DNA of 64,000 bases, from positions 1 to 64,000 of the forward strand of contig JAQBHB010000036.1 in the NCBI GenBank assembly GCA_032128115.1. Direction: 5' to 3'. This document shows, piece after piece, positions 9,227-16,582 of this stretch. Below the pieces are notes generated by a model. The model did no database searches, was not told the DNA's origin, and was given only the letters and a program-made list of their open reading frames with translations. Both the position numbers and the translations under genes were made by a program. Within the stretch, counting starts at the first letter, position 1; every line of letters begins with the position of its first letter. The stretch comes from Deltaproteobacteria bacterium (GTDB taxonomy: Bacteria; Myxococcota_A; UBA9160; SMWR01).

Positions 9227-10927
9227 TCAGCTGGGGACGTTCTGAGGCCAGTAATCTTCGTCACGGCCGGGAACACTGTACTCGTAGGGGCCGCGATAAA
9301 CGGTCGGAAGCGTCGAGCCGAAATTTCCGTGGGGCGGCGGCGACGGCGCCACCCATTCGAGGGTGGTGGACTTCCACGGGTTGTTGCCAGCGGCCTTGCC
9401 GCGGCGGATGCTGACGATGAAGTTGTAGAAGAACACCAGCTGGAACGCGAACATCACCAGCATCGCGATGGTCGCGAACTCGCGCACGGGTTGCATCGCC
9501 GCCAGCTCGGGAAAGTGGGTGAAGTCGTAGACCCGCCGGTGCTGCCCCGCCGCTCCCAGTACGAACAGCGGTATGAAGATCATGTTGAAGGGGATGATCG
9601 TGCCCCAGAAATGGATCTTCCCCAGCGTGTCGTTCATCATCTTGCCGAACATCTTCGGGAACCAGAACGTGATGCCCGCGAAGGTGCCGATGATGGCGAT
9701 GGGGAAGAACGTGTAGTGGAAGTGGGCCAGCACGAAGTAGGTGTCGTGGAAGTAGATGTCGGCGCCACTCGCCCCCAGGAAGATTCCCGTTACGCCCCCG
9801 ATCAGGAACTCGGCCACGAAGGACAGTGCCCAGAGCATGGGCGTGGTGAGCGTGATCCGGCCCCGGTACAGGGTGGCGATATACACGAAGCACATCTCGG
9901 CGATGGGGATCGAGATGAGCAGTGTGGTGACCGTGAAGATGTGCGCCATGCGGGGATCGATGCCGGCGATGAACTGGTGATGCGCCCATACGGTGAAGCT
10001 CAGGACCCCGGTGCCGATCGCGGTGTACAGGATCGTGCGGTACGCGAAGAGCTTCTTGCGTGCGAACACGCACATGATGTCTGCGGCGATGCCGATGGCC
10101 GGCAGCAGCACCACGTAGACCTCCGGATGTCCGAAGAACCAGAACAGGTGCTGCCAGAGCAGGGGATCACCGCCCCGGTCGGGATCGTAGAAGGCGGTGC
10201 CGACCTGCTGGTCCATGAAGAGCATCACGGCGCCGGCGATGAGCGGACCCACCGAGCACATGAACAGGATGCTGGCGATCACGATGAACCACACCACGAT
10301 CGGGATGTCGGTGTACTTCATGCCCGGCGCCCGCGAGTTCATGGCGGTGGTCACGAAATTGATGCCGCCAAGCAGGAAGGCCACGAACTCCAGCGCCACG
10401 GCCACGAGCCACAGGGTCGAGCCCATGGGGGTCATGTTGTACTGGGCCTTCGCCGAGAGCGGGGGATAGGCCGTCCAGGCGCCTCCGAAGCCTCCCCCCT
10501 CCACCATGAACGATGCGATCAGAACCAGCGTGCTGATGAAGAACACCTGGTACGAGAGCCGATTGATCTTCGGAAACACCATGTCGTCGCAGCCGCACAT
10601 GAGCGGAATCAGGAAGTTCCCGAAGGCGGCCACCAGCACCGGCATGGCCACCCAGAAGATCATGATGGTGCCGTGATTCGTGATGAGCGCGTTGTAGTCG
10701 CCGGGCCCCACCAGGCCGTAGAGGGGGACCTCCATGCCCGGGAACGCGAGTTGCATGCGAAAGACGTAGGCCATGAAGCCGCCCAGCAGCCCCATGAACA
10801 TCCCCGTGAAGAGGTACTGCATGGCGATCATCTTGTGATCGGTGGGGAAGATGTACTTGCTGAGGAAGCCCAGCTCTTCGTGGTGGTGATCGTCGTGATG
10901 GATCGCCGATTCGACGCTCTCAGCCAT
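9227..10927 (-). CDS. ctaD: Heme-copper oxygen reductase subunit I (A-family, GHPEVY)
   Basis: TDHK, HGTIM, DMVFP, WFFGHPEVY, WAHH, HDTYFVLAHFHY, RR pair. Confidence 0.96.
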   Translation of the reverse strand: MAESVESAIHHDDHHHEELGFLSKYIFPTDHKMIAMQYLFTGMFMGLLGGFMAYVFRMQLAFPGMEVPLYGLVGPGDYNALITNHGTIMIFWVAMPVLVAAFGNFLIPLMCGCDDMVFPKINRLSYQVFFISTLVLIASFMVEGGGFGGAWTAYPPLSAKAQYNMTPMGSTLWLVAVALEFVAFLLGGINFVTTAMNSRAPGMKYTDIPIVVWFIVIASILFMCSVGPLIAGAVMLFMDQQVGTAFYDPDRGGDPLLWQHLFWFFGHPEVYVVLLPAIGIAADIMCVFARKKLFAYRTILYTAIGTGVLSFTVWAHHQFIAGIDPRMAHIFTVTTLLISIPIAEMCFVYIATLYRGRITLTTPMLWALSFVAEFLIGGVTGIFLGASGADIYFHDTYFVLAHFHYTFFPIAIIGTFAGITFWFPKMFGKMMNDTLGKIHFWGTIIPFNMIFIPLFVLGAAGQHRRVYDFTHFPELAAMQPVREFATIAMLVMFAFQLVFFYNFIVSIRRGKAAGNNPWKSTTLEWVAPSPPPHGNFGSTLPTVYRGPYEYSVPGRDEDYWPQNVPS

Positions 10928-10936
10928 GATGGTTCC

Positions 10937-11647
10937 TTACCGGGTTCCGGCCCGGGGGTTCGCCGCCGCCAGCGACAGCGAATGTTGGGCGTTCCAGGCG
11001 GCGTGGTTTTCGGGTGATTCCACGAAGATCCTCGCGCCCATGAGCCCATGGCCGATGCCGCAGATCTCGGCGCACTGGATGTCGTACTCGCCCGTCTTGT
11101 CGGGCAGCGCCTCGAACCAGCCGCGGATGACGCGTCCGGGCACCGCGTCCTGCTTGAGGCGGAAGACGGGAACGGAGAAGCTGTGGAGCACGTCCCGGGA
11201 TTCGAGCTCGTAGATATACGACTTGCCGGCCTCGATGTGGAGCTCGTCCACCGTCGTGATGTCGTCAGCGGTGCCGAGCCTCAGGTCGGGCCCCGGGTGC
11301 ACGAAGGTCCATGCCCACTGCTGACTGATTACGCGCACCGTCGCGTAGGGCTCTTCGGGAAGGTGTTGCTTGATGTCGTACCAGACCCGCACAGCGCCCA
11401 CGATGATGAATACGTCGCAGACCAGCACCAGCAGGTGGGGCCAGGTGATCCAGCGCTTGAGTTCCTTTTCCTCGCCCGTGATGTAGTCGGCCGGCACGCC
11501 GTCGCGCTTGCGGTAGCGGACGATGAACCAGAAGAAGAGGCCCTCACACAAGATGAACCAGAAGCCCGTCAACACGGCGATGAGCAGGATCAGGTTGTCC
11601 AGGCTCTCTGCGTAGGTGGAGACGGCTTCGACGTAGTATTCGATCAT
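10937..11647 (-). CDS. ctaC: Cytochrome c oxidase subunit II (CuA), no fused cytochrome c
   Basis: Two TM helices; QQWAW; DVLHSF; KQDAVPG; CAEICGIGHGLM. Confidence 0.95.
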   Translation of the reverse strand: MIEYYVEAVSTYAESLDNLILLIAVLTGFWFILCEGLFFWFIVRYRKRDGVPADYITGEEKELKRWITWPHLLVLVCDVFIIVGAVRVWYDIKQHLPEEPYATVRVISQQWAWTFVHPGPDLRLGTADDITTVDELHIEAGKSYIYELESRDVLHSFSVPVFRLKQDAVPGRVIRGWFEALPDKTGEYDIQCAEICGIGHGLMGARIFVESPENHAAWNAQHSLSLAAANPRAGTR

Positions 11648-11659
11648 CTGGATCCAACC

Positions 11660-11764
11660 TCAGAGAACGAAGATGAAGACGGCTGCAATGAAGAGTCCGA
11701 TCCCCACCATGCTGATGACGAACGCCCGGCCCGCCAGTTCGTTTGCGTCGTAATCCTTTGCCAT
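11660..11764 (-). CDS. 34-aa single-TM protein inside the oxidase operon
   Basis: MAKDYDANELAGRAFVISMVGIGLFIAAVFIFVL*; fills the gap between cytochrome c and subunit II with 16 and 12 nt spacers; below the ORF-track cutoff. Confidence 0.72.
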   Translation of the reverse strand: MAKDYDANELAGRAFVISMVGIGLFIAAVFIFVL

Positions 11765-11780
11765 TGCGCTTCTAGAACCT

Positions 11781-12428
11781 CTACTGGGGGTCGAGCGTCG
11801 CGATGTAGGCGACGACGTCCAGCATGGCCTGCTCGTCGGGCAGAGTCATCGCAAAGTTGCGCATCATGCCGCCGAAGATGTCCTTGGGGTCCGTCCCGCG
11901 CATGCCGGAGCGAAACTTGTGGAGCTGCGCCAGCTGGTACCAGTCGTTCGAGTGGAGAGCCGGCCCCTGGGTCTGCTGATTTCCCTCCGCGTTCGCGCCG
12001 TGGCAGCTCGTGCAGACCTGCTTGTAGACCACGCCGCCGCGGGAGGCGTCGCCGCCTGTGAGCACGGGGGACGGGTCGGTTGCCGGAAGCGCGCCCACGT
12101 ACGCCGCGACGGCCTGGATGTCCTCTTCGGTCTTCAAGGTTCGCGCCATGGGGCGCATGCGCAGCCCCTGGGTGTCGCCCGGGTGTTTCCCCCGGGCGCC
12201 GGACTTGAACTTCCCGAGTTGGGCCTGCACGTACCACGTCTCGAGACCCGCGATGGCCGGGGCGTGGAACAGCTCGTTGCCCTGGCCCTGGGCGCCGTGA
12301 CACTGGCCGCACAGATCGAAGAGGGCCTCGCCCCGCGCGAGATCCTCGGCGGTCGCGGGCGCCCCGCTGAGCAGGCAGGCGGCGGCGATGCACGCCGCGC
12401 GGGCCACGAGTTTTCGGCGCGCTGCCAT
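11781..12428 (-). CDS. Di-heme cytochrome c (c4/c553-like)
   Basis: Signal peptide; CGQCH and CTSCH; P.IAGL..WY..AQL.KF. Start may be 12440. Confidence 0.92.
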   Translation of the reverse strand: MAARRKLVARAACIAAACLLSGAPATAEDLARGEALFDLCGQCHGAQGQGNELFHAPAIAGLETWYVQAQLGKFKSGARGKHPGDTQGLRMRPMARTLKTEEDIQAVAAYVGALPATDPSPVLTGGDASRGGVVYKQVCTSCHGANAEGNQQTQGPALHSNDWYQLAQLHKFRSGMRGTDPKDIFGGMMRNFAMTLPDEQAMLDVVAYIATLDPQ

Positions 12429-12647
12429 CAGGTCTCCCATCCAGAGCCGGACGAGTGTGATCCGCTCGATGCGTCGAAGCGGTGGTCGATGATTGCGTGC
12501 GCGATCGCCTGACCCGAGGGCCAAGGGGGGCTCGCGCGGCCCAATCGTTAGCCAAGGGCCCCCCATTTCGTCAAGACCGTCGCGGCCTTGGCTCGCGGCA
12601 CGAGAGCCGGCGACCACTGCGGTCGTCGGGGGCGATGCCCCCCATTT

Positions 12648-12681
12648 CCCGATGGAGTCAAACCCCCGATGGAGTCAAACC
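12648..12681. repeat. Perfect 17-bp tandem duplication spanning a stop codon
   Basis: CCCGATGGAGTCAAACC twice; the second copy contains the DUF420 stop. Confidence 0.9.
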
Positions 12682-13109
12682 GGGACCGGATTGAAATGAT
12701 ACAGGGCGAAATAGATCGCCACGCCCGTCACCGAGACGTAGATCCAGATGGGCCAGGCGATGCGGGCGAGCCGGCGGTGTCGGTCGATGCGCCCCCGAAG
12801 AGCGAGGCGAATCAGCACGATGGCGAACACCGGCACCGTCATGGCCAGAGTCACGTGTGTGAACAAGACCGCCAGATACGCGAGCTTCACGATGCCTTCG
12901 GCGTGGAATGTGGTGTTCTCGAAGCTCCGGGACGCCTTGTGGGCCACGTAGAGAACCAGGAACAGGGACGAGACCCCGAACGCCGAGAGCATCACCCGGC
13001 GGTGGGCATCGATCCGGCCGCGGCGGATCAGGGACCGGCCCCAGATCAGCAGCACCGCTGCCAGGGCGTTGAGCGAGGCGTTGAGCGTCGGAAGCGTCGA
13101 AGGATCCAT
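12675..13109 (-). CDS. DUF420 membrane protein (often linked to oxidase loci)
   Basis: LPTLNASLN, HRRVM, HRRLARIAWPIWIYVSVTG. Confidence 0.9.
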   Translation of the reverse strand: MDPSTLPTLNASLNALAAVLLIWGRSLIRRGRIDAHRRVMLSAFGVSSLFLVLYVAHKASRSFENTTFHAEGIVKLAYLAVLFTHVTLAMTVPVFAIVLIRLALRGRIDRHRRLARIAWPIWIYVSVTGVAIYFALYHFNPVPV

Positions 13110-13277
13110 GATTTCCCTTGCCGGGGGGAGCGATTCGTTGCTAAAAATGGGGTGAAAAGGACCCTTTTCGAGTTACAGGTGCCACGGGTATGGACCTGGG
13201 CCGGGTTCCGTGGGTATCATGGCCCGGCTCTTCGGAGCTCCCTGGGAACGCGCGGATATTGCGACGCGGTGTGGCGG

Positions 13278-15431
13278 ATGTTGCGCTGGTTCGTGACGAT
13301 TTTCGCGTTCTCATTCGCTGTCTCGGCCCCATGGGCCGCGGGCGGCGCTCCGAACATCATCTTCATCATGCTCGATGACGTGGGCTACGGGGATCTGGGA
13401 AGCTACGGCAGCACATTCGTCGAGACACCGCACCTGGACGATCTGGCAAGCCAGGGCATGCGATTCACCCAGTATTACGCGAACTCCTCGGTGTGCTCGC
13501 CGACCCGCGCCGCCATCCTCACGGGTCGCTATCCCACGGCGGTCGGGATGCGTCGGGTCCTGCCGGAGTATTCCCTGCGTGGCCTCGCGGGCGACGCGCC
13601 CACGATCCCGCAAATTCTCGGCCAGGCCGGCTACGTGACGGCGCACTTCGGGAAGTGGCATCTGGGCCGCGCCCGGCCCGAGATGCTTCCGATTCCGCGC
13701 GGGTTCGATCACTCGGTGATTCGCGCCTTCGGGGAGTTCGGCTCCTACCGGGATCAGGTCTTCCGGATCGACGGTCAGCAGGACGTGGCGAGCAGTGGTC
13801 ACGCCACCGAAGTCCTGACCGACCACGTGATCCAGTTCATCCAGGAGCATCGCGACCGGACGTTTTTCGTCAATCTCTGGTTCAACGCGGCCCACACCCC
13901 CTACGATCCTCCTCAGGATTGGGTGGACCGCTACGGAAACTCGCCCGAGGGACTCTACGCGGCACACGTGAGTCACGCCGACGAGCAGGTGGGCCGGATT
14001 CTCGAGAGCCTGCGCGAATTGGGAATCGAAGATCGCACCCTCGTGATCGCGACGAGCGACAACGGTCGCGTCGGAACTCTCGCCATCGACACCGGTGGCG
14101 TGTCCGGCTCCAAGGGAGAGCTTTACGAGGGGGGGATTCGCGTTCCCATGATCGCCCGCTGGCCGGATTCGATTCCAGTGGGGACGGTCAACGATTCGGT
14201 CTTCGTCGGCTTCGACTGGCTTCCGACCCTGGCGACCCTCGCCGGGGTCGACACGTCGCACCTCAGCCTGGACGGAAGCGACCTGTCGGGCGCTCTGATC
14301 GATCCGGCGCCCCGAGCTCGCGGCGAGACCCTCTTCTGGGAGAGGCCGGGTGGCTTCAATTCCTTTGCGTCGCCGTCGGGCATGTTCGACCGGTACGCGG
14401 TGCGCGATGGCGGCTTGAAGCTGCTCCGTGAGGTCAGGAAGGGTACGGGGAGGCTGGAGTTCTACGATCTGGAGATCGACCCCCAGGAGCTGGAAGACCT
14501 GGCGCCGAATTCGGAGGCCGAGGTAGCGGATCTGGAGCGGCAGTACCGCGCCTGGCGCCGGCGGGTCGGCCGTTTCGGGTTCGACGTCCAATCGCTACAG
14601 GGCGCCGCCACTGCGGGCAACGGAGCATTCGACTTCGACGGAGGCGCTGCAGTCCTGGCGTGGAACGATCGCTTCGCATTCCATGACGGCGATTTCAGCA
14701 TGCAGGCGCGTGTCGCTCCTCGGTCGATCGGCCCGGACGAACAATCGATCGCCGAGCACCCCGGGAGCTGGAGACTCCGGATTCTCGCTGATGGCCGGGT
14801 CGAGGTCGCCGTGCGCGATACCAACCCGGGGATCGAGACGCGGCTCGTGAGTCAGGCGGCGCTGGAGCCGGAGATCGAGCACAACGTGGCTTTTACGATC
14901 TACGGCTGGAGAAATTCCGAAAGTACGGTGAGGCTCTACCTGGACGGACAGCTCCAGGCCGAGACAAACGAGATCGAGACGGTGAATCCGAGCCTGGAGT
15001 CGCCCCAGATTGGCAATGGGCCCGACGGCTTCACGCCGTACCGGGGGTCGTTACGAGATCTGGCCTTCTACCAGGTGGCGCTGACCGCCGACGAGATCGC
15101 CGACGGCGACGCGGATGGAATTCCGGATCCTCGCGACAACTGCATTCGCGAGCCCAACCAGGATCAGACCGACTCGGACCTGGACGGCTACGGCAACGCC
15201 TGTGATGCGGACTACGACAACAGCGGACGTGTCAGCTTCGGCGACTTCATGGCTCTCCGGCAGGCCTTCGGCTCGAAGCTGGGAGATCCGGCCTACCGAT
15301 CCGAGCTGGACGAGGACGGCGATGGTTTGATCAACCTCAACGAATTCGCCTTCTTCCGCGCCCGGCTGGGCGAGACCCCCGGGCCGTCGGGGCTCGCCTG
15401 TGCGGGCGTTGTATCCTGCCGCGCGCCCTGA
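13278..15431 (+). CDS. Secreted formylglycine-type sulfatase with LamG-like domain and TSP3/dockerin-like C-terminus
   Basis: Signal peptide; PNIIFIMLDDVGYGD, CSPTR, GKWHLG, SDNG, LYEGGIRVP; RLYLDG beta-sandwich; DADGIPD..DNC. Confidence 0.9.
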   Translation: MLRWFVTIFAFSFAVSAPWAAGGAPNIIFIMLDDVGYGDLGSYGSTFVETPHLDDLASQGMRFTQYYANSSVCSPTRAAILTGRYPTAVGMRRVLPEYSLRGLAGDAPTIPQILGQAGYVTAHFGKWHLGRARPEMLPIPRGFDHSVIRAFGEFGSYRDQVFRIDGQQDVASSGHATEVLTDHVIQFIQEHRDRTFFVNLWFNAAHTPYDPPQDWVDRYGNSPEGLYAAHVSHADEQVGRILESLRELGIEDRTLVIATSDNGRVGTLAIDTGGVSGSKGELYEGGIRVPMIARWPDSIPVGTVNDSVFVGFDWLPTLATLAGVDTSHLSLDGSDLSGALIDPAPRARGETLFWERPGGFNSFASPSGMFDRYAVRDGGLKLLREVRKGTGRLEFYDLEIDPQELEDLAPNSEAEVADLERQYRAWRRRVGRFGFDVQSLQGAATAGNGAFDFDGGAAVLAWNDRFAFHDGDFSMQARVAPRSIGPDEQSIAEHPGSWRLRILADGRVEVAVRDTNPGIETRLVSQAALEPEIEHNVAFTIYGWRNSESTVRLYLDGQLQAETNEIETVNPSLESPQIGNGPDGFTPYRGSLRDLAFYQVALTADEIADGDADGIPDPRDNCIREPNQDQTDSDLDGYGNACDADYDNSGRVSFGDFMALRQAFGSKLGDPAYRSELDEDGDGLINLNEFAFFRARLGETPGPSGLACAGVVSCRAP

Positions 15432-15533
15432 GCGTGCCGCTGGCGGCTGTGCTTTCCCGGGGGTTGGGATCGCAGGGGCTTGGGACTACCCTGTCGGAAC
15501 CCAGGGGGGTGTACGCGGATCGGAGGATGGACC

Positions 15534-16070
15534 ATGGTCGTCGAGGACGAGGAATATTTCGAGCGCCCCCGGAAAACCAAGGGTTTGAGCTTCGACGCCG
15601 ATCTGCTGCGCGAGCCGCTGCAGAGTCTTCCCGTGCGCCAGCCCGTGATCTTCTCGTCCAACGATACGGTCACCGAGGCCGTGCGCGCCATGCAACAGGA
15701 GCACCGGGGTTGCGTGATCGTGACCGACGATGGCACGTCCCAGAGCAAGCTCGTTGGGATCTTCACCGAACGCGACGTGCTTTTCCGGATCGTCGACCAG
15801 GGGCGCAATCCCGCGACGCTTCCCCTGGTCGATGTAATGACTTTCGATCCCGAGGTGCTTCCCATCACGTCGACCCTCGCGTACGTCCTCAACAAGATGT
15901 CACTCGGCGGTTTCCGCCACATCCCGGTGGTCGACGAGGACCATCACCCGGTCTTCGTTGTATCGGTGCGCGATGTGGTGGCATACCTGGTCGAGGCGTT
16001 TCCCCGCGAGATATTCAACCTGCCCGGCGAGCCTGGCACGCCCACCACCCGGTCCCGCGAGGGAGCCTGA
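15534..16070 (+). CDS. CBS-domain pair protein
   Basis: GGAGG RBS; LVGIFTERD, FRHIPVVD. Confidence 0.9.
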   Translation: MVVEDEEYFERPRKTKGLSFDADLLREPLQSLPVRQPVIFSSNDTVTEAVRAMQQEHRGCVIVTDDGTSQSKLVGIFTERDVLFRIVDQGRNPATLPLVDVMTFDPEVLPITSTLAYVLNKMSLGGFRHIPVVDEDHHPVFVVSVRDVVAYLVEAFPREIFNLPGEPGTPTTRSREGA

Positions 16071-16079
16071 CCGCTTCTC

Positions 16080-16517
16080 GTGTCGGAGCTGCGCCTTACC
16101 CACATCGGCATCTGTGTCGCCGATGCAGAACGCTCCCTGCGTTTCTACTGCGAGGGCCTGGGCTTCCAGCTCGCTACGGAGCTCCGGGTCCAGGGGGAGC
16201 CCAGTGAGACCCTGCTCCAGCTGAAGGACGTGGACTTGCGCGCCATCTACCTGGTGCGCGACGGCGTGACGATCGAGCTGCTCTACTACCAGACGCCGGG
16301 CTGCCAGGCGAGCCCCGTGCCCCGGGCCATGAACGCCGTGGGACTGACGCACCTGTCGCTGCAGGTGGACGACCTGGATGCGCTGCTTCCGCGCCTGGAA
16401 GAAGCCGGCGCCCAGATCCTGCGCCACACCCGCATTGAAGTCCCGGAAGCTCGGGCCCAGGCGATCTTCGTGACCGACCCGGATGGCACGAGGATCGAAA
16501 TCGTCCAGCGACCGTAG
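16080..16517 (+). CDS. VOC/glyoxalase-family protein
   Basis: HIGICVAD, IELL, HLSLQVDD, DPDGTRIE. Confidence 0.9.
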   Translation: MSELRLTHIGICVADAERSLRFYCEGLGFQLATELRVQGEPSETLLQLKDVDLRAIYLVRDGVTIELLYYQTPGCQASPVPRAMNAVGLTHLSLQVDDLDALLPRLEEAGAQILRHTRIEVPEARAQAIFVTDPDGTRIEIVQRP

Positions 16518-16582
16518 GACTGAGCTGGTGCAGGGCCGATGCTGGCTTCAAAAGTCAATAGTCAACCCCGTCCCCGTCTAGT

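Noticed and set aside
9227..10927. Subunit I as a nitric oxide reductase
   Set aside because: Cross-link Tyr, D-channel, CuA subunit II and subunits III/IV all point to an O2 reductase
8624..11017. 797-aa plus-strand ORF, and other long ORFs such as 33145-36735, 47079-50432 and 54726-57443
   Set aside because: Antisense or alternate-frame shadows typical of high-GC coding DNA; no motifs
12588..13277. N-terminal extension of the sulfatase ORF
   Set aside because: Overlaps DUF420 on the opposite strand; the signal peptide starts at 13278
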